This document shows positions 1-8,380 of a stretch of DNA of 64,000 nucleotides, in pieces. The DNA comes from a virus. The first letter of the stretch is position 1; the number at the start of each line of letters is the position of its first letter. The notes beneath the pieces were generated by a model. It saw nothing but the letters and a program-made list of their open reading frames with translations. It was not told the DNA's origin and made no database searches. The stretch is from IMG/VR virus record IMGVR_UViG_3300042375_000684; one strand, written 5' to 3'. The position numbers were made by a program, and so were the translations under genes.

Positions 1-325
1 ATGCCATAGAATTGATAGTCAGGTCTCTTCTTGAACAGTCTTCCTCCAGTGTCACGTCAGTTCCAAATTCAGAGGTAAAGCCCAGGTAACCAGTCCCAGT
101 CTTTTTCTCACGCCGAGCCAGCGCATATTCATCACCGGTTTCGGGATGCAGGAACACAGGAAAATCTGCACCGACCTGAGAAAACCCAGCAGCCAGCATG
201 TCAGAAGGAGATGAACCAACGACAACATAGTCTCGGTCCTTGGGTTCCAGACCCATCAGCATGTCACGGACGGCGCCGCCTACTAGGAAAACAGATCTAA
301 ATTCTTCAACAGTTGGTGTTTTCAT
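1..325 (-). CDS. cca: tRNA nucleotidyltransferase (CCA-adding enzyme), N-terminal part; runs off the left edge
   Basis: Manual translation from ATG at 325: [37 protein letters not shown]...[34 protein letters not shown]...[19 protein letters not shown]. Contains the class II nucleotidyltransferase motifs GGAVRD, DxD and RRDxTIN. SD GAGGA upstream. Not in the ORF track because it has no stop in the window. Confidence 0.93.
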   Translation of the reverse strand, partial: MKTPTVEEFRSVFLVGGAVRDMLMGLEPKDRDYVVVGSSPSDMLAAGFSQVGADFPVFLHPETGDEYALARREKKTGTGYLGFTSEFGTDVTLEEDCSRRDLTINSMA

Positions 326-350
326 TTTGTTTCCTCTACCTTATAGAATC

Positions 351-379
351 AGTATAAACTATTTGATAGCATTTGTCAA
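351..379 (-). promoter_or_regulatory. sigma70-type early promoter, copy 1
   Basis: Minus strand reads TTGACA-17 nt-TATACT, then GATTCTATAAGG; nearly identical to 2283-2311. Confidence 0.85.
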
Positions 380-615
380 CCCTTATTAGTATATTTTTCT
401 TGTAGTTTCAAAAATTGTACATATTCAGCAGCATCTTTTGCTGCTTGTCTTGTTTTCTCTTTTTCTTTTCTAGCAAGATCAGCATTTTCCAATTCATTTT
501 CGTAGTTTCGCATAAACTCATCGGAATCAGCAAATTTATCTACATACATATCATGTGAGATACTACCGCTACCTCCTTGATATGAATAAGAACCATGCAG
601 TTCAAAAATAACCAT
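376..615 (-). CDS. hypothetical protein; possibly the 3' half of a frameshifted gene with 602-769
   Basis: ORF track; charged helical C-terminus typical of phage early proteins. Confidence 0.55.
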   Translation of the reverse strand: MVIFELHGSYSYQGGSGSISHDMYVDKFADSDEFMRNYENELENADLARKEKEKTRQAAKDAAEYVQFLKLQEKYTNKG

Positions 616-769
616 TGTCTAACGTAAATCGATCATAATAATACTTTTCACGATAACCAGACGAGTATTTTTGTTCCAGTTTTTCGATACGATCAAAGAG
701 TGAACTTGCAGCTTGATCTACGATTGCGTACTCATCAGCAAAGTTTGCAAGTTGTTCCTTATTCATCAT
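602..769 (-). CDS. small hypothetical protein, 55 aa (MMNKEQLANFADEY...DNGYF)
   Basis: Manual translation; its start overlaps the stop of the upstream lipoprotein gene (ATGA); below the ORF-track cutoff. Confidence 0.55.
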   Translation of the reverse strand: MMNKEQLANFADEYAIVDQAASSLFDRIEKLEQKYSSGYREKYYYDRFTLDNGYF

Positions 770-1191
770 TGATTTGACTCACTTTTATTTTGAAGCAATT
801 CACCGGCATCACCACGGAAGTCAATATCGGATAAAATTTCCTGCGGCTTGAATGTTACACGGTGATGATAGACACTCACGTTAGCAGTTTCAAGTTGTTC
901 AGCAAAATAGGTCACGTTGTCAGACAAACCGAGGAAGTGCTTTTTGAAAGCATCGCGACCGATCTTGCATGTCACTTCCAACTGAGTAGTCTGATCTTCA
1001 ATAGAGCACCGACCTTCGATTGTCAACATATATGTATCTGTAATACCGTTATAGAATACGATACGGCGGTCAATTTCAAAGTTGTCAGCAGCTTTTGAAA
1101 TATTGTATGATGCCACTTGTGCATCATCTTGGCAGCCAGCAAGAGCAAACAGTGAAGTTGCAGCAAGAGCAGTAAGAGTTAGTTTATGCAT
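766..1191 (-). CDS. phage lipoprotein
   Basis: Start MHKLTLTALAATSLFALAGC (ATG at 1191, SD AAAGGA) gives a signal peptide with lipobox LAGC. The mature part DDAQVASYNISKAADNFEIDRRIVFYNGIT resembles a widespread phage lipoprotein family. Confidence 0.75.
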   Translation of the reverse strand: MHKLTLTALAATSLFALAGCQDDAQVASYNISKAADNFEIDRRIVFYNGITDTYMLTIEGRCSIEDQTTQLEVTCKIGRDAFKKHFLGLSDNVTYFAEQLETANVSVYHHRVTFKPQEILSDIDFRGDAGELLQNKSESNQ

Positions 1192-1573
1192 TATGTCGTT
1201 TCCTTTTATACCCGTCAATGATGTTGGTGTATTTCTGTTTTTCTTCTGATGTCAAAATAAGTTCTGGGTCATAATCGTCATCGTATAAAGATGCGACTTC
1301 CATTGGTCTTTTTATTTGATTTTTGTATGATTCCATACTTTTTCTTTTATCTGAAGAAGATGATTGTGTTCTTTTACACTCGGTGCATTCGTGATGATGA
1401 GTTCTGAATTTTACAATTAAGTAGCCATCACTCACCTTTGGAGTCCAAATTTCTGTTCTAGAGCTTTCTATAAACTTTGTGAAGCAGTCATTGTATGTGC
1501 AATCGACCTTACCAGTTTCTGGATTTATGTATTTTACATTTTTATTATTTGGTAACTTTTTCAGAGCCATCAT
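1184..1573 (-). CDS. hypothetical protein
   Basis: ORF in a tightly packed leftward operon. Confidence 0.55.
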   Translation of the reverse strand: MMALKKLPNNKNVKYINPETGKVDCTYNDCFTKFIESSRTEIWTPKVSDGYLIVKFRTHHHECTECKRTQSSSSDKRKSMESYKNQIKRPMEVASLYDDDYDPELILTSEEKQKYTNIIDGYKRKRHNA

Positions 1574-1788
1574 TCAAACTCACATAAAAGTTCTTCATAA
1601 AATAAACAATCATTTACATATTCTGGATCATAGTTATCCAAATTGTAGATTGATTCTAGATATTGCTGATGTGCATGAAAATCACGTTCAGCTTCGAGAT
1701 GAGCAGCAAGTTCTTGATCTGGTGACATACCACAAGCAGACACAAGAATAACAGCGACAAAGGCAATGTATTTCATTTTGTTTCCCAT
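1570..1788 (-). CDS. small putative lipoprotein
   Basis: MKYIAFVAVILVSACG: hydrophobic leader ending in a lipobox-like VSAC. Confidence 0.55.
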   Translation of the reverse strand: MGNKMKYIAFVAVILVSACGMSPDQELAAHLEAERDFHAHQQYLESIYNLDNYDPEYVNDCLFYEELLCEFE

Positions 1789-2019
1789 TCAAGCAAAAGC
1801 AGTGTCAAAGCAGACTTGTCCATATTCACCGAGAGTGAATGCACCTGCTTCAAATAGACCGGCAATCATTTTAGCATCAGTTTCGTTATTGATGTAGAGT
1901 TCGTCAATTTCAACTTCATCTTCAACTAGAGTAACAGTCCAAGACCAATCTTCGGTTTTGACCCCGTTGCGCCGAACTTCAGCCCATTCTTTTTCAACAG
2001 TTGTCATACGCATTAGCAT
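1789..2019 (-). CDS. hypothetical protein
   Basis: ORF abutting its neighbours in the leftward operon. Confidence 0.55.
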   Translation of the reverse strand: MLMRMTTVEKEWAEVRRNGVKTEDWSWTVTLVEDEVEIDELYINNETDAKMIAGLFEAGAFTLGEYGQVCFDTAFA

Positions 2020-2252
2020 TCACCCCGAAATTGACGAAATCCGACAGACCATTCAGCATTCCTACGAGCAGCATCGAAAGAGACAAAAGGTCCTGCACTC
2101 GTAAACTTATCATCGAGTCGACCTTCGGGTGTGTAAACCATCCACGTATTACGGTCATATTGAGCGGGTGCAACACCTCGGACAATTCGTACTTCTCTGA
2201 GAGAATTTGTCGCTACAGCAGTGGTTTCATCAAGAGTTTCGAAGGTCATCAT
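2013..2252 (-). CDS. hypothetical protein
   Basis: First gene after the promoter at 2283-2311; SD AAAGGA upstream. Confidence 0.65.
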   Translation of the reverse strand: MMTFETLDETTAVATNSLREVRIVRGVAPAQYDRNTWMVYTPEGRLDDKFTSAGPFVSFDAARRNAEWSVGFRQFRGEC

Positions 2253-2282
2253 GTTTCGGTTCCTTTATCACCTTATAGAATC

Positions 2283-2311
2283 AGTATAAACTATTTGAAA
2301 ACATTTGTCAA
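2283..2311 (-). promoter_or_regulatory. sigma70-type early promoter, copy 2
   Basis: TTGACA-17 nt-TATACT, then GATTCTATAAGG; ~45 bp nearly identical to 340-380. Confidence 0.85.
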
Positions 2312-2314
2312 CCG

Positions 2315-2683
2315 TTATGATGAGTGACTGCCAAAATTTGCCAACCATGCTGCAAATACAGTATCGTGCGTGGATACAGCAAGAAGTTCTTCAACATTCT
2401 CGCATTCTGATGCTATTTCACATTGCTTTTTAAATGACGTATTATATACTATAGCAAACAATTCAGCTTTAAGTTCAAGATACATAATATTCCGTAGTTC
2501 TTCTTCTGCACTAATTCCAAATATTGGTGGACTATCAAGACTTTCGGAAGTATATTTTACTCTAAGATGAACTGTTTTACCGTCAACTACTACTGAAAAT
2601 GTATAGATTTTCAAACCATCAGATAAATTCTCGTGAGATATAATTGGATATTTGATACCACTTAATTCTATTTCAGTTATCAT
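2315..2683 (-). CDS. hypothetical protein
   Basis: ORF coupled to the upstream gene by an ATGA overlap. Confidence 0.55.
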   Translation of the reverse strand: MITEIELSGIKYPIISHENLSDGLKIYTFSVVVDGKTVHLRVKYTSESLDSPPIFGISAEEELRNIMYLELKAELFAIVYNTSFKKQCEIASECENVEELLAVSTHDTVFAAWLANFGSHSS

Positions 2684-2949
2684 TGTGGATTTACCTCAAA
2701 TTTATTTGTAATTTTTTCTTTAACGTCGTTACATGTATCATCAACATCCCAATTATTCTCAAGTGCAATTTTGTGTCTCTCAGAAACTACTGAAACACAT
2801 TCCTTTGCAATCAAACTTGCAAATACTTCGAGGGCATCTGAAAACTCTCGATTCTCTTGCCAGATGCGCTCTTTGTTTCCATTTGCCCAAGGTCCTTGGA
2901 CCATTCCTGCCTCTTTGGCAAGTTTTGTAATTAAATTTTTGTTCATCAT
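2680..2949 (-). CDS. hypothetical protein
   Basis: ORF with start/stop overlaps on both sides. Confidence 0.6.
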   Translation of the reverse strand: MMNKNLITKLAKEAGMVQGPWANGNKERIWQENREFSDALEVFASLIAKECVSVVSERHKIALENNWDVDDTCNDVKEKITNKFEVNPQ

Positions 2950-3253
2950 TCACGAATCCTATAAATATCTGAGGTTTTGCGTCCATCTAGTTTAGTAATT
3001 ACTTCATGACTATGATCTTTATGATCATTTGGCCAATCATATTTAGAATCTGGTGTCTTAAACTCAATCCTAAAAGAATATTTAGTCTTAATTAAACGAC
3101 CTTCCCATTACATTGGCCGCAAAATTCATTCCAATAAGTATAATCATCTCGATGATAATCAGTTATTTCACTTTTTTCAGATATACCTTTGCCCTGACAA
3201 TGTGAGCAAACTATTATATCTACAACTGATTCCCATTTAGGTTCTATTTTCAT
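2946..3253 (-). pseudogene. DnaJ-type zinc-finger protein interrupted by an apparent 1-nt frameshift near 3104-3106
   Basis: CSHCQGKG...CGQCNG stops early as KVV*. The adjacent frame continues EGRLIKTKYSFRIEF...YRIRE*, completing the second CxxCxGxG motif and ending in a TGA that overlaps the next ATG at 2949. Confidence 0.65.
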
Positions 3254-3434
3254 CTCGTGTCTCCGATTTTGCTGCAATATATGGATATAGAGTCTTACCT
3301 TGACGATTCAGGAAAAATTCGGCTGCAGCCAAGGCAGAACCTCCACGTGAGGATGAAAACATAGTGTGGTTCGATGACCATTCACGAGTTTCAGTCATAA
3401 GTTCTTTAGCTTCTTCGTGCGATACAAGTTTCAT
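3237..3434 (-). CDS. hypothetical protein
   Basis: ORF in the leftward operon. Confidence 0.55.
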   Translation of the reverse strand: MKLVSHEEAKELMTETREWSSNHTMFSSSRGGSALAAAEFFLNRQGKTLYPYIAAKSETRDENRT

Positions 3435-3436
3435 TT

Positions 3437-3787
3437 TTATTCTCCGTAGTGTTTCAGAAAGTTATTCATGTATACCCGAATATTTTCAGCACCGACTGGG
3501 TTCTTGGAATGAACCTTGAACTCAAAATCATCTGGTAACTGAAGACCATCCATAATCATATCACAAAGTTTTCGTGCAATCTCATAACCAGTCTTTTCGC
3601 CGTCACCAAGGTCATGGTCAAAGCTGATCATTTGTGGAAAACCAAATGTGACTACAAGTTCAAGAACATCAAGCCAGTTTCGAGCAATAGTCCAGTCACC
3701 GTCACGATAAAGTGCTTGATCTTCCCAAGGTCCCCATTTTACATCCATGGGAACTCGTTCATCATCAATGAAAAGATTATAGGTCAT
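3437..3787 (-). CDS. cyclic-phosphate-processing receiver-domain protein
   Basis: Motifs LFIDDER, ISFDHDLG, GYEIA and VHSKNPVG match this stand-alone receiver-like family. The start at 3787 is coupled (TAATG) to the upstream ORF. Confidence 0.75.
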   Translation of the reverse strand: MTYNLFIDDERVPMDVKWGPWEDQALYRDGDWTIARNWLDVLELVVTFGFPQMISFDHDLGDGEKTGYEIARKLCDMIMDGLQLPDDFEFKVHSKNPVGAENIRVYMNNFLKHYGE

Positions 3788-3924
3788 TACAAAATTCTCC
3801 ATTGATGATATTCAAACGACTGTTGCCACATATACTTTTCTGCTTCTGCATAATCAGAAAAGGCTCTGACACCTGTCCAATCGCCATCTGCATACCGAGG
3901 TTTGCACTCCACAAGATACATCAT
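3787..3924 (-). CDS. small hypothetical protein, 45 aa (MMYLVECKPRYADGDW...)
   Basis: Manual translation; SD AAAGGA; first ORF after the promoter at 3955-3983. Confidence 0.55.
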   Translation of the reverse strand: MMYLVECKPRYADGDWTGVRAFSDYAEAEKYMWQQSFEYHQWRIL

Positions 3925-3945
3925 TAGATGATTCCTTTTCTACCT

Positions 3946-3953
3946 TATAAATA
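3946..3953 (+). promoter_or_regulatory. T4-type late (gp55) promoter for gp3
   Basis: Exact TATAAATA ~40 nt upstream of gp3. Confidence 0.85.
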
Positions 3954-3954
3954 G

Positions 3955-3983
3955 ATAGTATACCGATTCTTCACATATGTCAA
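3955..3983 (-). promoter_or_regulatory. sigma70-type early promoter, copy 3
   Basis: TTGACA-17 nt-TACTAT, followed by the TATAAGGT element shared with copies 1 and 2. Confidence 0.75.
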
Positions 3984-3993
3984 CGGAAATGAA

Positions 3994-4479
3994 ATGATAA
4001 CTAATTATTTTTCCCCACTAGAATTTATCGTGTCCGTCAAGAGATTACCGAACACCGAGTTCTTTACACAGAGAACACAGATACCTGGTGTATCTGCAGC
4101 ACCAATTGTTAATCCAACACCATTTAACAATATATTTGAAACTCCAGATAAATTGACTTATGATAATTTTAACTTTTCATTTATAATAGATGAGAAAATG
4201 AATAATTATCTTGAGATTTATAACTGGATTAAAGGTGTTACATTTCCGCAAAATTTTGACCAATTTAAAACAATAAATGAAAGCAAAGAAGGTAGATTTT
4301 CTGATATTTCAGTATTGGTATTAAACAGCAGTAAAAATCCTTCTATTAATATTACATATAGAAATTGCTTTCCAATAAGTCTTTCAGAAATAAATCTTGA
4401 TACTACATCCTCGGACCTAGTCTATCCAGAGGCAACTGTAACATTTCAATACGATTATTATGAAATAGAACAGCTTTAA
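3994..4479 (+). CDS. gp3: tail completion / tube terminator protein (T4 gp3-like)
   Basis: NYFSPLEF...LPNTEFFTQ..QIPG and the C-terminal ATVTFQYDYYEI; late promoter; position next to uvsY/uvsW. Confidence 0.85.
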   Translation: MITNYFSPLEFIVSVKRLPNTEFFTQRTQIPGVSAAPIVNPTPFNNIFETPDKLTYDNFNFSFIIDEKMNNYLEIYNWIKGVTFPQNFDQFKTINESKEGRFSDISVLVLNSSKNPSINITYRNCFPISLSEINLDTTSSDLVYPEATVTFQYDYYEIEQL

Positions 4480-4483
4480 GTAG

Positions 4484-4511
4484 TTGACTTTTATTAAAAA
4501 GATTATATAAT
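4484..4511 (+). promoter_or_regulatory. sigma70-type promoter for uvsY-uvsW
   Basis: TTGACT-16 nt-TATAAT. Confidence 0.65.
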
Positions 4512-4531
4512 ATATAAAATAGATTTATAGT

Positions 4532-4981
4532 ATGGAGACTTCAATGACACTGGAAGAATTAAATGAAATGTGGGCTAAGGATGCAAAGATTGATGAAGTT
4601 GTATTAGGTCATGAAGCTCTTAAAATACCGCAGTTACATAACAAATATTACACATTATATAGTAAAGAATCTCTGAGATTCAAAAAATATAGAGCCGATT
4701 TAACTCAACTAGAACATGCCAAATATGAATGGTACACCGGAACAATGGCTGAAGAAGACATGAAAACCCGTGGCTGGCGACCAAATTCTCTCAAAATTTT
4801 AAGAGCTGATGTAAATAAATATATTGAGAGTGACCAAGATGTCATTAACTTGAGTCTCAAGATTGACTATCATTTGCAATTAGCAAATTATCTTGAGGAC
4901 ATTGTCAAACAAATCAACAATAGAAACTTTATGATTAGAGCAGCTATCGACTGGGCCCGCTTCCAGGCTGGGGGATATTAA
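4532..4981 (+). CDS. uvsY: recombination mediator UvsY
   Basis: W..D.KID...L....KIPQLHNKYY and the C-terminal R.F.I..AIDW.RF.AG pattern. Confidence 0.9.
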   Translation: METSMTLEELNEMWAKDAKIDEVVLGHEALKIPQLHNKYYTLYSKESLRFKKYRADLTQLEHAKYEWYTGTMAEEDMKTRGWRPNSLKILRADVNKYIESDQDVINLSLKIDYHLQLANYLEDIVKQINNRNFMIRAAIDWARFQAGGY

Positions 4982-4987
4982 TATATT

Positions 4988-6493
4988 ATGGCAGACGTAG
5001 TAACTATTGAGTACTTTAACGATGTACATATGAAGGTCATAGGTGATCCTGGTATTCGTCAAGAACTATCCCAGTATTTCTCATTTAGACCACCTGGTTA
5101 TCAATTTACGCCAGCATATAAAAACCGAGTTTGGGATGGATTTTTTCGCTTGTATAATCCAATGCGGCCACTTCTATATGCTGGTCTTGTTGACTACATC
5201 AAGAAATTCTGTGAGGATCGTGAATATGAAATAGTTATTCCAGATTCAATGGAACCTGAAACTGATATTCCAGATAACTATGTTGAAGAACTTGCCGAAG
5301 AGATTGGTGCAAAATTAAAGCCGCGTGATTATCAAATTCAATATGTTCTCAATGCTCTTCGGAATAGAAGATCACTTTCATTGTCTCCAACATCATCTGG
5401 TAAATCATTTATCATTTATCTAATTCAGCAGCACTATTGGAGAGCATTTAATCATCGCACATTGATTATTGTTCCGACAATTTCTCTTGTTCACCAAATG
5501 GCCGGCGACTTTATTGATTATGGTTGTGACCCAAAGCAGATTTACAAAATTCAGGGTGGTGTTGATAAGACAACTTCAGCTCCGATAGTAGTTTCAACAT
5601 GGCAATCACTCATTCGTCAACCAAAAGAATGGTTCGACCAATTCCGTGTTGTGCTTGGAGACGAAGCACACTTGTTCCAAGCAAAATCATTGACAACAAT
5701 TATGGAAAAACTAACAGATGCACCTTATCGCCATGGGTTTACAGGTACAATTTCGTCAGAGTCAAAAGTTCATAGACTGATACTTGAAGGTGTGTTTGGT
5801 CCAATCAAACGCTTTGTTACCACGAAACAGCTTATGGATGAAGGTACTGTTGCGGACTTCAAGGTGAAAGCACTTGTTCTCCAACACGATAAAGAGTCTA
5901 AAGATACATTTGTAAGAACTCTCAAAGACATGAAGAAGAAAAATCCTACCAAAAAGAACATGGTATATGCTTTTGAAAAAGAATATCTTTTTGCAAATGA
6001 GAAACGAAACAATTACATACAGAAGTTGGTTCATTCCCTCGACAATCAGAATAACCTGATACTTTTTGATTGGGTTGAGAAACATGGTAAAATCTTAGAA
6101 CCTTTGCTACGCAAAGAAGGACGAATCCTACATTTTATCTATGGTAATACACCTGGTGAAGAACGTGAACGAATTCGTCATTTGATTGAGAATGATCCAT
6201 TGAAGAGACATGACATACTAGCTTCGTACGGAGTTTTCTCTACAGGTGTTTCTATAAAAAGAATAGACAATGCTGTCTTTGCATCTGCATACAAAGCAGA
6301 GATTAAAGTTCTTCAGTCAATTGGTAGAACACTACGCAAAGGTAATGGCTCAGATAAAGCAATCCTCTATGATATTACAGACGACTTGACAGTAGGTTCA
6401 TTTACGAATTATACTCTCCAACACTTCCGCCGCCGAATTGAAATCTATGCCGCGGAACAATTCCCATTCAAGATATATAATATAGATTTATAG
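4988..6493 (+). CDS. uvsW: SF2 DNA helicase UvsW
   Basis: PRDYQ, SPTSSGKS, DEAH, GFTGT and QSIGRTLR motifs. Confidence 0.95.
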   Translation: MADVVTIEYFNDVHMKVIGDPGIRQELSQYFSFRPPGYQFTPAYKNRVWDGFFRLYNPMRPLLYAGLVDYIKKFCEDREYEIVIPDSMEPETDIPDNYVEELAEEIGAKLKPRDYQIQYVLNALRNRRSLSLSPTSSGKSFIIYLIQQHYWRAFNHRTLIIVPTISLVHQMAGDFIDYGCDPKQIYKIQGGVDKTTSAPIVVSTWQSLIRQPKEWFDQFRVVLGDEAHLFQAKSLTTIMEKLTDAPYRHGFTGTISSESKVHRLILEGVFGPIKRFVTTKQLMDEGTVADFKVKALVLQHDKESKDTFVRTLKDMKKKNPTKKNMVYAFEKEYLFANEKRNNYIQKLVHSLDNQNNLILFDWVEKHGKILEPLLRKEGRILHFIYGNTPGEERERIRHLIENDPLKRHDILASYGVFSTGVSIKRIDNAVFASAYKAEIKVLQSIGRTLRKGNGSDKAILYDITDDLTVGSFTNYTLQHFRRRIEIYAAEQFPFKIYNIDL

Positions 6494-6531
6494 ATTTAGG
6501 TTTCACCTTTATCTTTATGGATGATAATCCA

Positions 6532-6559
6532 ATTATACCATGTGTCGTGAATTTGTCAA
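6532..6559 (-). promoter_or_regulatory. sigma70-type promoter pointing antisense into uvsW
   Basis: Minus strand TTGACA-16 nt-TATAAT with an extended -10 TG (TGGTATAAT). Confidence 0.65.
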
Positions 6560-6585
6560 CACAAAAGATGGTTCTTTAATTTTAG

Positions 6586-6613
6586 TTGACAAATGAATAA
6601 CTTGATATATTAT
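6586..6613 (+). promoter_or_regulatory. sigma70-type promoter for gp55-gp47-gp46
   Basis: TTGACA-16 nt-TATTAT. Confidence 0.6.
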
Positions 6614-6640
6614 AAAATAAAAAACCAGAAGGAATGTATT

Positions 6641-7183
6641 ATGATACAGAAAAGAGTTAAAAAGAATTATATTAATAACAAGGATCTTTACCAAGCACTC
6701 ATTCAGTATCAAAAAGATTGTCGTGATGCTGAAGATTCGGGTGATGAGAAACCTATGGTTCCTAGATATATCGGCGAATCAATTTTTCAGATTGCAACAA
6801 GGTTATCCACAAAACCAAACTTCTCAGGATATTCTTTTAAAGAAGATATGATTATGGACGGTATTGAAAATTGTTTGCAATATATGCATAACTTCAATCC
6901 CGAAAAGACTGAAAATCCTTTTGCATATTTCACTCAAATTATTTGGTATGCATTTCTAAGACGAATTGCTAAAGAGAAGAAACAGATGTACATCAGATAT
7001 AAATCATCGCAGTCGATGATTTCAATGGGTGAAACATATGAAGGCGGATCGGAACTTGCACTACATTTAAATACAAGCGCCGATTATATCAATAACTTTA
7101 TTGAAGATTATGAAATTAAATTAAATAAAGGTAAAAAACAAAAAGAAATAGACGAGGCAAAAGATGTTACCGACAATAATTGA
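6641..7183 (+). CDS. gp55: late-transcription sigma factor gp55
   Basis: NYINNKDLY, YIGESIFQIA..LS.KPNFSGY, DMIMDGIENC and NPFAYFTQIIWYAFLRRI.KEKKQ. Confidence 0.95.
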   Translation: MIQKRVKKNYINNKDLYQALIQYQKDCRDAEDSGDEKPMVPRYIGESIFQIATRLSTKPNFSGYSFKEDMIMDGIENCLQYMHNFNPEKTENPFAYFTQIIWYAFLRRIAKEKKQMYIRYKSSQSMISMGETYEGGSELALHLNTSADYINNFIEDYEIKLNKGKKQKEIDEAKDVTDNN

Positions 7184-7322
7184 AGATTATATAAAGAATT
7201 TAACCAATAAGAATACACATATAGAAAGACGACAATTTTATTATGCCACACTTCTTAAAATTAGAGACGAAGTCGGAAGTGCAATTGCAAAGTATGAAAA
7301 GGAAAAGAGTGGACATAAATGA
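7164..7322 (+). CDS. small hypothetical protein, 52 aa (MLPTIIEDYIKNL...)
   Basis: Manual translation; SD GAGG; its stop overlaps the gp47 start (ATGA). Confidence 0.6.
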   Translation: MLPTIIEDYIKNLTNKNTHIERRQFYYATLLKIRDEVGSAIAKYEKEKSGHK

Positions 7323-8380
7323 AGATAGCTATATTATGCGATTCACACTTTGGAATAAGATCTGATAGTAAGATATTTCTAGAACACCAAGCTAAGTTCT
7401 TTGGTAATTTGTTTTTTCCGTATTTAAAAGAATATGGTATTGATACTGTATTACATCTTGGTGATATTTTTGACCGAAGAAAGTACATTAACTTTTATAC
7501 TCTCAAGAAATCAAGAGAGTTCTTTTTTGATGAATTAAAGCGCCGCAATATTGAAATGCACACAATTCTTGGAAATCATGATACATTCTTTACAACAACA
7601 AATGAAGTTAATTCAAATGTACTTCTACTAAAAGAATATGATAACATTCATATATATGAAGATACTGTGGTTCATCTAGATTTTGGTTCAACAAAATTTG
7701 CAATGTGTCCTTGGTTGACCAAAGAGAATACAGAGACTAATATGAAAATCCTGAAGGAATCAAAGGCACACATTCTTTGCGGTCATCTCGATTTAAAAGG
7801 TTTTGAATTGATGAAAGGAATTGTCAGTGACCACGGATTTGACCATAAAGAGTTTTCGAATTTTGAAGCTGTTTATTCTGGTCACTATCATCACCAGTCT
7901 GAATACGGCAACGTCAAGTATCTTGGTGCTCAATATGAAATGAACTGGTCTGACTATGGTTGTAAAAAAGGGTTCCATGTCATTGATACTGAAACAAGAG
8001 AGTTGACATTTGTCGAAAATGATGATAGAATATATCATAAGTTAGACTATGATGATGTTGATCTAGCGATTGATGATATTGCAGCTCTTGATACATCAAT
8101 ACTAAAAAACTGTTATGTCAAAGTTATCGTAAAGAATAGAACAAATCCATATCTATATGATTTATTCCTAAATAGATTAAATGAATGTGGTGCTGCTGAT
8201 ATTAAAACAGTAGAAGATGGATTGAATTTATCTGGAATCGGTGTTGCCGAAATGTTAGAAGAAGCAAAAGACACGAAGGATATATTACATTCATATATTG
8301 ACTCAGTTGAAACAAATATCAATAAAGTTAAGATTAAAACCGTTGTTGATCAATTATACTTAGAAGCAATGAATATTTGA
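7319..8380 (+). CDS. gp47: recombination endonuclease subunit gp47 (Mre11/SbcD-like)
   Basis: Metallophosphoesterase motifs DSHFG, HLGDIFD, GNHD and SGHYH. Confidence 0.95.
   Translation: MKIAILCDSHFGIRSDSKIFLEHQAKFFGNLFFPYLKEYGIDTVLHLGDIFDRRKYINFYTLKKSREFFFDELKRRNIEMHTILGNHDTFFTTTNEVNSNVLLLKEYDNIHIYEDTVVHLDFGSTKFAMCPWLTKENTETNMKILKESKAHILCGHLDLKGFELMKGIVSDHGFDHKEFSNFEAVYSGHYHHQSEYGNVKYLGAQYEMNWSDYGCKKGFHVIDTETRELTFVENDDRIYHKLDYDDVDLAIDDIAALDTSILKNCYVKVIVKNRTNPYLYDLFLNRLNECGAADIKTVEDGLNLSGIGVAEMLEEAKDTKDILHSYIDSVETNINKVKIKTVVDQLYLEAMNI

Noticed and set aside
2960-2967. TATAAATA on + strand within the early leftward region
   Set aside because: No credible + strand gene follows, and an 8-mer this AT-rich can occur by chance.
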